A stretch of 64,000 bases of DNA from positions 369,830,001-369,894,000 of the forward strand of contig OZ024740.1 of NCBI GenBank assembly GCA_964016885.1, given 5' to 3'. The notes beneath the pieces are model-generated. The model saw only the letters and a program-made list of their open reading frames with translations. It did no database searches and had not been told where the DNA came from. Source of the stretch: Eledone cirrhosa (Eukaryota). Below, piece after piece: positions 27,714 through 41,329 of the stretch. The translations under genes and the position numbers were made by a program. Position 1 is the stretch's first letter. Every line of letters starts with the position of its first letter.

Positions 27714-28105
27714 AGCTGACACTTACAGGTTATAAGCAAATACGTTCTCATCAAGCGATATGCACATCCATCCAGTTTTACGTATATTGTTACCTAGAGA
27801 GCTGGTTAATTATATAAATCCCTAGATTACAGCTGCTTTCAACTGAGATAGGCAGATATACTCCCATGCCGAATTAATTAGAGCCAAGAACGAAACATAC
27901 AAAACAAACAATAAGACTGATTGCGTCAAAAGATTTAGAAATAAAAGCAATAATGTTGCAACCGAAGAAACATTTGATATAAAACAGAGCGAATATAAAG
28001 TAAAAGAATATGAACAACAAACGGCACGAAACTTTGAAAAGAATAATGAAAGACATATATCAAGCCATTAATATATATATATATGTGCGCGTGTGTTTGT
28101 GTGTT

Positions 28106-28215
<110 letters not shown>

Positions 28216-28814
28216 TCAGCATGCTTGGGGATGTGTGTGTATGACATACATAAATGCATTGCTATTAAGAGATTAACCTTGCAAGTATTGTCGGAAAAAA
28301 TACATTTAAGCTATTTATGAGGTATAACGTATCAGCACTTACTTTTTAGTATGGCTGTTTTATTAGTGGTATTGTAATTGTCGTTATTTATGTTAAAATG
28401 ATATTCTGTTTTTGGTCTTTTAATTGTATTCACATATCTATTTTTGAAACCGAGCCAAGATTTTTATATGAGACATTCTTGTTGATTCATAAATCTACAA
28501 AAGAATAATTTGAAGAGTTATCTTCATATGAATTCATGATATACTCAACCAAATATTGATTCATTTACTCACATGAATCAATATACGAAACAGATTTCAC
28601 TAATAAATAATAAATGAGTTTATTCTCTGCGTTATTAATTTAGAAAGGACAGAAACTCTTTTCATAATCGGCATCCTCTCACACGCACACACACACAAAC
28701 ACACACATACACAGCCCCCCCCCCCCCCCACACACACACACACATCTCAAATATAGAAATATAATACAAAGATTTAAAAAATTAATTATCATTTTATATA
28801 TACATATATGTATT

Positions 28815-28859
<45 letters not shown>

Positions 28860-28865
<6 letters not shown>

Positions 28866-31442
28866 GGAAGCAGAAAATTGCTTATTGTGATCCAGTTCTT
28901 GGTTAAGAAAGCCAGTTTCATGGATTTTTTCAACGTACTGTTAGGTGGTAACTCCACAAGTTTGTAAGAATTCCGTTCAATCTTGGAGTATAAAGTATAA
29001 AAGAGAAAACACAGGTAACCATTAAGAGAAGGATTTTATCCAGGTATTTACGACCGTTTCATTGGTAAGTGCAACCTTATATTGCTATACTGCAAATAGC
29101 AGCCACTCAATTATAATTGTTGTTCATAGTCCAAATTTTCAAAATAGTGAGTAGGTTACTCTGGAAATAATTCTTAATATATAGAGAAAAACATTTATTT
29201 GGAATTGTATTTACTAGTATAGAGAGAGAGAAACCAGAAGGTGAGGGGACAAACGGAATAGTATAGAGAGAGAGAGGAAGGGGGGAAAGTTATGAAGTAG
29301 AGTGACAAACTGAGATAGAGGGAGGGGTAGAGGTGGAAGGATCCCTTGATCAGTTTTGATAGCAGACTTCATGTCGTGGAATGTAGTGAATTAAAGAGAA
29401 TTAAATTGATCATAGTGGGAGAGATGGATAAAGAGAGAGAGAGAGGGGGGAGATATAAAGAGATAAATATATATATAAAACATAAAATTAAAGATAATAA
29501 TGACAAACATAAAAGCAAAGAAGAGGGGAAAAGAAGTAAAGAAAAGATACCCAAGAAGGGGAGGGAAGGAAGGAAGAAAACGAAGAAATAGAAGAGGAAT
29601 GAAGGAGAAGGGGGGATATAGGTATTGGTTTTTGTGGGTAATTAAAAGGGTTTAGATACAACAAGAGGGTATAAAGCCTAAGAATATACAGTTTGTCAGT
29701 TGGTAGTAAGAGGTTAAGGGTTCGATTTGCACTTGTAGTGCGAACACTTCTCTTTGAGTCTATGGTTACAATAAATTGATCTTTCGGTTTTATTGTTGAG
29801 TAACTTTTCCTTCGAACTCAAGATGTGGAACAGATCAAGGTCGCATAATCGACAGCTTCTCATACAACTCCGATATGGGGGCGCGTTCGATAATGTTTTC
29901 CACTTCAGGGTGTATTGATGGTTACTTTCCCTCAGTTGCCAGGTCTTGTTTGCAAGGGTAGTTACATAACGATGCTGGGAATGTTTCATTGCGTAACGGT
30001 GTGTATACCAACGGGCTTTAAATGTATTCCCAGTCGCTCCGATGTAATACCATTTCTGGTTGTCTGATTCCACTGTGCATTGGTAAACCAGGTTAGGCTG
30101 CATACATTCATTATGTAATGGACAGGTTTCAGGTAGGTGACAGTTACAATTCTTGTCATGGGCAACTTTGGCATTATTGGTGGGCTGCGATGCCTGTACA
30201 AGTGTGTTACGTTTTGTTTACCTAATAGCGGGTGGTTGTGTATTAGATATTCTGTTGTGTTCGATGGTGATTGTATTGTTATTGTTGTAAATTTGTGTTT
30301 TGGTGTTGTTATGTATCTTTTTAGCGTTAAGAATCTTAATGTGTGCCTCTATATTTGGTGCCGTGGAGTAAGATAGTCTAATAGATTTAGTGTTAAGGAT
30401 TTTGCTGTATCTATGTGAATCTGGAAAGTGCTTATTTATTATTCTAAAGAAGGTAGAGGGTAGGTTAGTACTAATAGAGGTGTTAAATATGGGGTTATAC
30501 CAAATATATTTTCTACTGCGTGATTTGTTTGATTTCACGTTGTATTTCTATTTACCGTATACTTTGTAGTTCTATGCGTAAGTGCGTGTGTGCGTGTGTT
30601 TCCGGAGTTTGTGTTATGCGTGTTCGTGTGCGCTTTACGGAGGCTTTCATCTATATATTCTACTCTATCTAAGTGGCCTGCCTTGTCTAATGCGGTATTG
30701 TAGTATTCTGCATGTTCTTCGAAAATTTGTCGGTTAGACGAGAGGCGGGAGATCCTAAGGGATATGCTGCGTGGAATGAATTTAATTATTGATAGTTGGT
30801 GGTTTGAGTTACAGTTGATTTATGCTAAGTTTTCATTAATCTTGTGAAAAGGTCTTATAAGTCCCATATTTAGGTTAATCGTCGCGTCTAGAAAGTTAAC
30901 TGTTTTAGTGCTATACTCATACGTTATGCTAAGGCCTAGTTTCCCGAGAGTCTTTCTAATATTCTTACGGAGTCTTTCTATGCTCTGGTTATTTAGGTTC
31001 TTAACTAGGAGAAGGGCGTCGTCTCTGTAGATTCCACCATGAAGGTCGCTAAACTCACTTTGTAAACTATAGGCTATGTAAATACCTATCAAAACTGATC
31101 AAGGAATCCTTCCACCTCTACCCCTCTCTCCATCTCAGTTTGTCACTCTACTTCCTAACTCTTCCCCCTTCCTCTCTCTCTATACTATTCAGTTTGTACC
31201 CTCACCTTCTGATTCCTCTCTCTCTATACTAGTAAATACAATTCCAAATAAATGTTTTTCTCTATATATTAAGAATTATTTCAAGAGTAACCTACTCACT
31301 ATTTTGAAAATTTGGACTGTGAATATCAATTATAATTGAGTGGCTGCTATTTTCAGTATAACAATATAAGGTTTCACTTACCAATGAAACGGTTGTAAAT
31401 ATCTGGATAAAATCCTTCTCTTAATGCTTACATGTGGTTTCT

Positions 31443-31447
<5 letters not shown>
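28860..31447 (-). mobile_element. 5'-truncated Naiad-type Penelope-like element with inverted pseudo-LTR
   Basis: GGIYRDD, VNFLDAT, RKYIWYNP, CNC...CPL...C, YQC...YYIGATGNTFKARW...H, CRLC...LLN...CNH. Arms ~29001-29362 and 31086-31447 are inverted. Confidence 0.93.
29714..30103 (-). pseudogene. GIY-YIG endonuclease domain of the PLE
   Basis: LVYQC...YYIGAT...KARW..H. Confidence 0.88.
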
Positions 31448-31485
<38 letters not shown>

Positions 31486-31650
31486 GGACGTACGAAATAT
31501 TGAAAACATAATCTATTTTGTACTTAACACAGTTTTTTTTTCATAACTTAATGAAATGCGATAGTAATAAAAATTGTCTTTCTCTCACTATCTCCCTCAT
31601 TACTAAGATATCTACCTCTATATGGTGTGTGCATGCCAAAGTATATATAT

Positions 31651-32022
31651 ATGGGATACCAAATTATCGTTATAGGTAATCAAGTTAGAGGCTGTGAGTA
31701 CTCCGTATTGTGGACAGTTTTAACGTACGGCGTTGTTTGACTCAACAAGAGGTTTCATTACTTAGGTGGCGAGTTCTCGACAATTCCTATGCATGTTAAT
31801 CTTGGAGTAACAATAGTGAAAGAGTGTAGAGTAGCATGGTCAACAGTGCAAAAATTATTTTAAAGGCTTCTATAGGACTAGTACTGTTTCATTCGGGAGA
31901 AATCATCAGGAAGCTTCCTGATGATTTCTCCCGAATGAAAGAGTTCTCGTCCTGTAGAAGCCGCTCCTATATTAAATATTTATACTTAGTGTTTACCCCC
32001 GATTGAACCCGGGATAAGCTTA
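31651..32022. mobile_element. PLE pseudo-LTR fold-back with two divergently oriented hammerhead cores
   Basis: Perfect 54-bp palindrome at 31887-31940 with CTGATGA...GAAA on each strand. The same family occurs at 47900-48040. Confidence 0.7.
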
Positions 32023-32476
32023 TATATATAGATACATATACAAAACACACACATATATGAATATATGCATACATATAATATGTATCTTTGTTAGTGAAGT
32101 TATGCATTTCATACTTTTTTGTATTTATCGGTTGCTGTCATTAGAAATCAGCTATAGGGGGCCACCACCTGGGAGAGTCATATTCAATAATATCAACCGA
32201 AATTCCAATATTTATGACTGGTAATTATTTTATCAAGCACAAGCCGTCGAACCGCTCAGTCAGTGACAATAAAAAAACATAAATATATTACAACAGACCC
32301 GCTCAAACAAGCGCAGGCATATACATGCACTCAAGTGTATTCACACATATATACACACATAAGTACACACACATGTAAATCTCAAAATTGGCTGACTGAC
32401 TACGCACATGTGTATTTCTTATTTTTCTGTTTCTTCCTTTTTTACTCTTTATCTTTCTATTTTATCTTTTATTCTA

Positions 32477-32512
32477 TCTTCCGACGAAGGACTAGTGTCC
32501 GAAACGTTAAGA
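32477..32512 (+). ncRNA. Minimal hammerhead remnant (U4C)
   Basis: TCTT-CCGACGA-A-GGAC tagt GTCC-GAAA-CG-TT-AAGA. Confidence 0.6.
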
Positions 32513-34177
32513 CTCATTTCCTGTCATTTCAAGCGTTAAAGTAATATATTTCTTCAAACTACTGTATCGTTTACTTTGTTATATCTGTTTACTGTTTTTT
32601 AGGGGTTGGTTTGTATGTGTGTGGTTGTGTGCGTGTGTGCGGGTGTGTATGTGTGTGTGTGTCTTTGTGTATGTATGTGTCTATGTCTGTCTATCTGTCT
32701 TTCTGTCTGTCTGTAAGTGTGTGTGTGTGCATGCCAGTATGGAATCTGTATTTATGTATGGATTATCAAGTCCTGTCACTTTGCATATAAATAATCTAAT
32801 GACATGAAAAATTGGGGGATGAATAAAGGACTAAAATACAAAAATATGATTGATATTGCAAAGTTACAATGTATGCATAATGCGAGTTAGCAATTTAAAA
32901 TATATAAAATTATACATAATGATATGTTATAATAAAATATTAAATATTAAGTTGAATCCGGATTTCTCACAAAACCGTGGGTAATTTCAATATAATATGA
33001 GTGAAATATTTAGATCTTATTCAAAGTCAAAATACATTGAATTCATTTTCCATCAGAAATTAAGACAAATGTTCTAATTCAAATACATAGCGTATATATT
33101 TACAGAGAAAATAATGTCTTCATATTGAGTAATATGTGTGAGAATGGACGTAAAGAACTAACATACATTAACGTATTATGTTTTCCTTTAATCTATTTAG
33201 CCTTTTAATAAATGCATTGTTTATATTTACATATAGTTGAACTTTCTGCATTGAAACAAGAATAACATATTTATTTATGAATTTCTTTTACTGCTTGGCT
33301 AATATTTATATTTTCCACAATTTGAAAACAATATATCTCTGCTTATTGCATTAATTTAAACAAAATTTCATAAGCAAGAAAATATTATTACTTCTTAATC
33401 TCGGTATAATTGTGTCAAATGCTGTCATAAAGGATATAGGTGAAAGTTGAATCACATTATTCTGGTCTTCTGCATGAATCTGGTGTAGGAGGGCTCTTGG
33501 GAATGTTATAATTAGTGCACAGGAAAAACCTAATTAGCAGAAAAGCCAAGAGCTACACCACACCTCTTTACTCATATAGAAGACTAGATACATATCTCCT
33601 TGATCAAGGATGCAACACATCCGCCAGAGTATATGACACACAAGTCAGCTCGATTCAACCGAACCAACAGCGGGATGCCGAGACCTATGTGAACATGTCG
33701 CAGCGTCTTTGCTTAAATATGAAACGATTTTTAGGTACCCAAACAGCTTCTGCCACGAAAGTTACAAGTCTCGTGGGAACGTTAAGAAAAGCAGTCCGCA
33801 GTTCTTTATTGCATGCGGAAGATTAATCTTGTAGAAATGAGAAAAACTAGTTACTCATACTGACATTATGTTGCTCTTCGTTACAAACCATTGATTTTGG
33901 GCGTTTGGTATATAATCGTTACAAACAGGGAAGAGGACTAATATTGGAAATACTCAATAAATGAATTTCAAGGCGCAAGTCATTTCAAATATGAGGACGT
34001 TAGACCCAGGCCTGGATCGTATCTTTTGCCACCAGAAGTGATTTCCATTTGAACGGTTCCAATATATCAGATGTCGTCGTCTGCAATCGACCATATTAAA
34101 TTTTAATTTTTTTAAACATATTATATGACACTTCTTTAAAATCTGGTTTTCTTAATTTTATATATATATATATATTA

Positions 34178-34726
34178 GTATGTATACGTACATACATATA
34201 TGTATACAGACGTAAAGTAGTATGTATATATATATATCTATATATATATATACATGCACACATATATATATGTACGTATGGATTCACCAAACATTTATTA
34301 TAATGCTCGGTGTGTTTGTAAAGAAACATCCCGAATTAAGCCGTACAGTGTCTAGCAACCGTCGTTGCTCATTTGTTCAACACTGACAAAGGAACGCTGT
34401 ACTAGTTTCAAGCTTATTAGCTATCGTCAGCAACGTATACCTTCCTGCCAGATGGTTGAACGTCTGAAAGTATATACTTTCCTTATGCATATTAACGGCT
34501 GAGCAGCTTAATTTGCATATCGACTGAGTTAATCGGCCAGGGTACCGAAAATGATAAACGGAAAAAATGTGTACATATACGTACGTATATATATATGTGT
34601 GCATGTATGTATATATATATACATACTACTGTGCGTCCGTATACATATATGTATGTACGTATAAATACTTATATTTAAGTAACGGCCGTACTAACAGTGG
34701 GAAATGAAATTTCGTTTCATTTTTTC
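34178..34726. mobile_element. Dispersed inverted copy of the 420-bp HHR repeat
   Basis: Minus arm ~34178-34565 with an intact HHR at 34394-34436. Plus arm ~34590-34726. Confidence 0.85.
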
Positions 34727-34948
34727 TATATATATATTAAGAAATATTATCATTGTACGATTTACTGATTAACTGATATTTCTTCTTACAATGACGGAAC
34801 AATACATTTTTTCTCAAACTTTTAAAAACATTTCGGAAAAGCACCATTTGTTTCAATTTAATTTGATTTGATTATATACTTGTCAGGATATTTGATTCAG
34901 GTATATTCATGTTTGTAAAAAATGCAAAATCTAAAAAAAAATACTTAC

Positions 34949-34991
34949 CCAAAGCATTTGCTTTTTCTCCTTCACAATAAACATTACACAT
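34949..34991 (-). CDS. Candidate first coding exon part (MCNVYCEGEKANAL)
   Basis: Strong donor TGG|GTAAGT at 34949/34948. Possible acceptor CCCTGCAG with exon start 35032. ATG at 34991. Confidence 0.3.
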
Positions 34992-35273
34992 TTCCTGTAG
35001 TTATTTCATTGTTGCGATTTGAATTATTCCCACTGCAGGGATACATAATTCATATGGGGTGTGTATGACTGTATGTTTTGTATTCCTTTTGATTTTGATA
35101 CCGCTGAATATGTTTAAAGTAACATTAATACTTGAAAGAAGACTTAACATCTACATTCCTGATGATAATTTTTATTGGTTCTCTTTCTCTTACGCCCATC
35201 TATCTTACTCCCTCTCACCTTCTCTATCTCTCTCTCTCTCTCTGTCATCTTCTCTCTTTGTCTCTCTCTCTCT

Positions 35274-35307
<34 letters not shown>

Positions 35308-35310
<3 letters not shown>

Positions 35311-35512
35311 AACTAGTAGGACCCCGACGGCTCAGCTCAAGCCGTTTCGACTGCTAATTCTGGACTCTGGACTCTGAGTCCAGGATTAGCCGTCGAAACG
35401 GCTTGAGCTCAGCCGTCGGGGTCCTACTCGTTCCTATTACCCACTCTACTACCCTAAGTATTGAGTACTTTGGTGCGTTATGGTCCACCTGGTTCCTTAC
35501 CACTTTTCCTTC

Positions 35513-35515
<3 letters not shown>
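35308..35515. mobile_element. Fold-back element in (TA)n carrying the 3' half of a hammerhead on both strands
   Basis: Imperfect palindrome at 35308-35435. GAAA-CGGCT tgagctc AGCCG-TC. Relatives at 21856-21905 and 48090-48340. Confidence 0.7.
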
Positions 35516-35598
<83 letters not shown>

Positions 35599-35774
35599 CA
35601 GACAGACACACAGAGGGAAAGAGTGAGATGAGAAAGAGAGAGACTAAATATAGACATACTCGCGTACCCCCAACCCTCTTCCACACACTTCCCGCACCCT
35701 AACACCCACCCACATCTGATCAGACCACACTTCTCCCATGGATTTACACACTTGCCCCACTCCTCAGTCAACGC

Positions 35775-36105
35775 TTTAAAGTACCCCAGTTGGTATCACG
35801 ACCAAAAGAAATAAAACAGCCCACACTTTAAAGTGGTCGTGTAGGCAACACGACAAACAGGACCTAGCTCACACAGTAAAGTGGTTGTGTAGGTGTAACA
35901 ACAGAAAGCTCCCAGCACAGACTGTAAATGTGGTTGTCATTAGGAAGGGTACCCACGCGTAGAAACCAAGCCAGGAAGAGTTCTATATGAGCAAGAGATT
36001 GTCATCTGACCGGTCTTGCTTCAAACGGAACAACCCGTCTAATCTATGCTAGCGTGGAAAATTAGACATTATGTTTATGATGATGATGATGATGATGATG
36101 ATGAT
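35775..36105 (+). mobile_element. SINE/LINE 3' end with (GAT)n tail
   Basis: AACCCGTCTAATCTATGCTAGCGTGGAAA...(GAT)n. A related minus-strand end lies near 37973. Confidence 0.55.
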
Positions 36106-36140
36106 TATGATATACGTGTGTTGATGTATGTATATAAATA

Positions 36141-36474
36141 TCTTAGGAAAATGGGAAAACTCGGCCTATGGAAGCTGTCATAACAGCAAAATACCGTCGA
36201 GGCGGCGTTGGGTAAAATATTACCTCGAAGGACTGAGATCAGCGGCTGAATGTGAATTGAATCGAGGTTAAGAGATTTGAAGAGCATATTTCAATGTTTG
36301 TGACCTATTCTCTTTCATCCATTCTATTTCCTCCTTACCATATTCTCTTCTTTACTTCGAGTCAACTAGTCGCTTATCTCTGTCCTTCGAGGTAATATTT
36401 CATCCAACGCCGCTTCGACCGTATTTTGCTGTTCTAACAGCTTCCATGGGACGAGTTCTCCCATTTTCCTGAGA
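36141..36474. repeat. Inverted repeat, ~108-bp arms with ~120-bp spacer
   Basis: 36141-36248 versus 36366-36474. Confidence 0.85.
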
Positions 36475-38399
36475 ATCCTAATGCACTCGCGTCTCAAAGT
36501 TAATTTGTGTATATATTCATTTGTGTATATATAAATATATTCACATGTATCAAGTAGTTAGGAAACTCAGGAGTTATATAAGTGCACTTTTACATAGCAA
36601 ATAAATAGTATAAGCTGCTATAGCTGGATGTGGTAGCGGAGAATGTACTTACGAAGGTATTATCCATTTATCGTAGTTACGTTGAGTTGCATTTGTTCCC
36701 AACAGTATATGTAATATGCTTAACTATAGCAATGAAATTGAATGCTGAACATGACGTCCAATTCAGTTCGTCTACAATTATTTCGATACTATATTTTGCT
36801 TTTCAATTGAACCTACGCAATTTAAACATATATTACTTAAATATTTCCGCAGCAGATTCGACAAATAATTGTAATAAAAGGTACCTAAAAAGTCCATTTA
36901 TATACTATTATTCACTAATAAAATATTCGAGATAAAACAAAAAGGAATTGATATGAATTCGTCAGATTACCTTAGAAAATTACAATATGTAAATATATAA
37001 ACAAATAAATAGAGGTATATATGAAGGCATATCTAATATGTTTTGGTAGGATAAATACAGAAGTGAGTCGCTATGAATCGTTAATTTTGCAATCATGTTA
37101 CATCTATCTCAGTAGTCTTGTCAGAGCGTCAGATACGTATTTTATTCGTCCTCCTTGATGTTTTCTGACCCGATTCTGAAACAAGATTATACTATAGCCT
37201 TTACAGATTTTTACGTATGAAACATCAACTGAAGTTATTCATTTGTCTATAGTGCGACCTTGGCGCGCAGAGATTAGTTAGCTGTAAAACTAATATAGTG
37301 TATTTAATAACAGATATGTATATGATGACATATACGATATGCTTATGAATAATAAATCGCAAGTTTCACGCTATTAAGTTTTTAAACCAAAACAAATATG
37401 TTATAAATGTCTAGTTATATATATATATACATAGATCGATGAGCTCAGGGATATCACACCATCGGAACTAGTCTATTTTTCAAAATTGATTACACCAATC
37501 TCCATATTTCAATGTATATTCACAGTACGTCTGTTACAAATTCATATTAAATGATCTCTCTCACTTTCTCTCTCTTTCCCTCTCATTCTCTCACACACAG
37601 AAACACATACAGTCTCTCGGCTGCTGTACGTGTTTCTCTTCCTTTGATATTCTCTCCGCTATATAAGTATATATACATTTATCTGATACATTATATTTCA
37701 AGTTTCAGTGTCAGAATTATGTATTTATGCAAGGAAATGATGCTGCTCCAACTTTATATCTATAAATTACCTTTGTGATGTTATATAGTTTTAAATAGAT
37801 GGATGTGTTTGAATATGAATAAGTATTACAACTGCTGTCTAGTTAGCAAATGTGTGTCTAGTTACACATGTGTTTCTTAAATATGAAATATAATTTAAAA
37901 TAGAAAGACACAAATGTCGGTTTCGCATTACTCTAGAGACGTCAACTGTAGTATACACAACAACATTGTACGCTATCATCATCATTATTTAACGCTCACT
38001 TCCACTGTTATCATGGGTTTGGCGGGTTTTCAAAGACCGATTCTGTATAGAAGAGGGGCCATGCCCTCCCAGCCAGGCTGGGGTTCGCATCACGTTTACA
38101 TACATATCTACATTCAACCCAGTGCCTTTTATGGTGACAGCAGCCTTAAAGAGGTTGTTATGTTCTTTGTAAAACTGTAGGGTCATACAAACATGTTGTT
38201 TGGTAGCCCTTCTACGGTTGGTTGTCCTTCCCTTGGGCCAACCACTTTACCGCCTCTATTGGGTGATTTTATTGTGTAGACCACCAGCACTAGGGACGTT
38301 GTCATGGACTTGACACAATTAAAGTGCCCTCAAATCCCATTATTTGGCGATATTTCTACAGCCCGATACTTTTCCTATTACCAACTACCTTAATGTGTG

Positions 38400-38600
38400 G
38401 TAGCAGGTGGCCTAGTGGTAAGGGTGTTAGCGTCATGGCCATAATGTCGTGGGTTCGATTCCTGGGCTGGAATGCATATTGTGTTCCTGAGCAAAACATT
38501 TCATTTCAGGTTGTTCAAGTATAATTAATTGTAAATGAGTACAAGCAATATCTGCGATGGACAGGTGGGAGTCTTGTACTCCCAGTGTGTACTGAATGCT
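38400..38600 (+). mobile_element. tRNA-derived SINE with V-domain-like core
   Basis: A-box TGGCCTAGTGG, B-box GGTTCGATTCC, then TGTGTTCCTGAGCAAAACA and CTGCGATGGAC. Confidence 0.7.
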
Positions 38601-40257
38601 TTTACCGTAAAGATCATCAACACTAGAATATTTGTTTGAGGGTCCACCCATCCTTTGATTGACAAGCTTCCTATGCCAGAATGCCCTTTCTAGTCACTTT
38701 ACCGACTGTACTGGGTGCGTTTATTCTGTAGACCACCAAAATAGAGTGTGTGGGGAGTTATAGAGAAAAGAATTAAGGAGTGGTAGTAGGAGGTGCACAG
38801 AGAGTAGATAGAGTAACTACTAGGGTGCGATTATGAGGGTACTACATGGCTTTAGAAGGGTCATAGCTAAGGTGTGATAATTGAGGGACATGGATTTTGG
38901 GTGTAATGTTGGTGTCGAGAGCTTCTGAGGCATGTGTTGTTGGAGGAGGGGGACATCTCATTGGGTTCCATATTAGTGTATGCTTGTGGCCAGGTTTCCA
39001 TCATCACAGAATCGAGCCAGAGCTGTAGATCCTTTTGCATCTTAGTTGTGAAGCTTAGTTTCTTAAGGTCGGTATTCCCTACATCGTTCCAAGTATTCAT
39101 GGATCTGTGTCTACCATAGGTTCCAGTTATGAGATCATTCTGCATTTCTTTTTGTAGCTTCTATAACAGCTGATATCAACAGATTTTAAGTCCCGTTATT
39201 CTGGGCTTTTAATTGCATATATTGTATATATATATATACAATATATATACAATATATACAATTGAAAGCCCAGAATATATATATATATAAGTGTATAGGG
39301 CGAGACAAATTTAATTTGTGCTAGTACACCGATATTTTCCACTCGCTCGATGATTACACTGGACTTGCATTTCCCAAGTGCCTGTCAGTGATTCACAGCG
39401 CACACTATTAGTACATTAGTAGTACAGAATAAACTTTAATCTCTACTCTGTGTGTGTGTGTGTATGTGCGAATAAGTAATATATATGTGTATGCAGAAAG
39501 GAGGTGAATGGAACTGTATGGAATTTGACACATTTTAGCATAGAGACATGTAATCATGCAAATCATTTCTAATTTGAAAACGTGATAAATATTTCGAATC
39601 TATTTTAGAACCTAGCTGTGTTTCCTGCCTAACAATACACAAAGAAATATGTAGTCGAGGGCCTTATAATATAGCCTATTGCTTATAATAGTGTACGGAG
39701 ATAGACATAGGTCTTTGCATCTCATTTAATGCGCTACGCAGCCGAGATATGAAGTTTCGTATGAACCTTTCCTGAATTGAGGTTACACATTTTCAGTATA
39801 TAGACATCAAATAATCGCAGAGTAAAGACTTCTCTAAAATAAGTTGAAATAGTTGATCTAGATACCTCAACAGTTATGCAGAAATATGCTTTCAAATATA
39901 TAATGAGAATATACTTTCTATATTTGAGAATAATCATTTACAAGGTCTTAATTGGATGTAATACACTTATATAAGTACCGATAAAAAATCGGAAAATACC
40001 GAGAATTTATACATAATGATGATGGTACCATATATTGTAAGATGTATTATTTAGTGTGTTCAAGTTCATGGGTGTTAATTTTTATGATATCATAAAAGAT
40101 ATGGCGATACCTGTGTTCCTACAGACCAACACACTTTGAAATATACTATATTGATCTTTATTATGGTAGGCCATTGATCTGTGTGCATTGGAATTGCAAT
40201 GCGTCTGTCATATTCCATCAACTGACGTTTTTCTGAGAACGGAATATTTTTGCTATT

Positions 40258-40648
40258 CGGTGAATTGGCCGTATCGGTAGAGGGTTGGACGCCATGCATT
40301 CTAGCATAGTTACGTCCGTTTACAGTCTGAGTTCAAATCCCGCCGAGGTTAACTTTGCCTTTCATCCTTACGGCGTCGATAGAATAAAGTACCAGTAATG
40401 TACTGGGTAATTTCTGGCCTTGTGCCTAAAGTAGAAACAATTATTACTTACTCACCAAGGGCGGTGGATTAGCAGTATCGGTAGAGCGTCGGACGTTTGG
40501 CGTATAGAGTTACGGCCCTTGCTATTCTGAGTTCAAATCCCGCCGAGTTTAACTTTGCCTTTCATCCTTACGGGGTCGATACAATAAAGTACCAGTAATG
40601 CACTGGGTAATTGCTGGCCTTGTGCCAAACGTAGAAGCAATTATTATT
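40258..40648 (+). mobile_element. Two adjacent tRNA-derived SINEs (40258-40446 and 40459-40648)
   Basis: Both match the 19762 SINE. The second is flanked by ACTCACC-containing direct repeats. Confidence 0.88.
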
Positions 40649-41292
40649 CACTCACCTGTAATTATTTTTCAAACGAACCCTTATCTATTCATTCCCTGAA
40701 AGTGCATCATCAAAAAAATGTTTTTCAGCAATCCTTAAAGAAGAAATATTTCAAGTACAGCAAATCGTCACATTGTTGTTTGCTAATACTTTCGTATGAC
40801 ACATTCTAAATCTTATCGAATAACTTACTCTGCTGCAGTTTAGTGTTATGTTTTCGTTGTTGCATTGCATTGTTGAAATCTCGGTGTAAGGAATTCAAAC
40901 CACGTTAAACCTATATTTCATTGAGGAAGAGTTTATTAAAGCTTAAGGTATGTACAATTTCATTCACTTTCTAGGAATGTTAGATATTATCAAAATTATA
41001 TTATATTACATTGCACAAGTGACATCAATTCGCCCACATTGTTGAGAGTATATTTGAGATTTGTAGAAAAAAATTTAGATTAGCATTTACGTCATATTTT
41101 AAATAATTAACACTACATTAACGCCAGTGCAACGTAGATATTTAATAAATACGCAAAAGCAATTAACGATGAAGCTGTTTCTTGTGTTTTCGTACTCGTG
41201 CTCACTAGTTATATATCTTTTACATTAATAGTGTGTCTTTTGATTAGGAGCTAATCTTGGTGTAGCATCTCTGGTAGGATCACAGACACTAG

Positions 41293-41324
<32 letters not shown>

Positions 41325-41329
<5 letters not shown>

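Noticed and set aside
29714-30538. Selenocysteine (in-frame TGA) recoding reported for some Naiad elements
   Set aside because: The conserved cysteines examined are ordinary Cys codons, and the interrupting stop at 30218 is TAA.
31265-31402. HHR in the pseudo-LTR of the 28860-31447 PLE
   Set aside because: The GAAAC..GTA-AATA 3' half is present, but no recognisable CUGANGA core was found in either arm.
38400-38475. tRNA gene
   Set aside because: A and B boxes are present but there is no full cloverleaf, and it continues into a SINE body.
40840-40952. Possible plus-strand exon ending AAG|GTATGT
   Set aside because: No convincing reading frame or partner exon.
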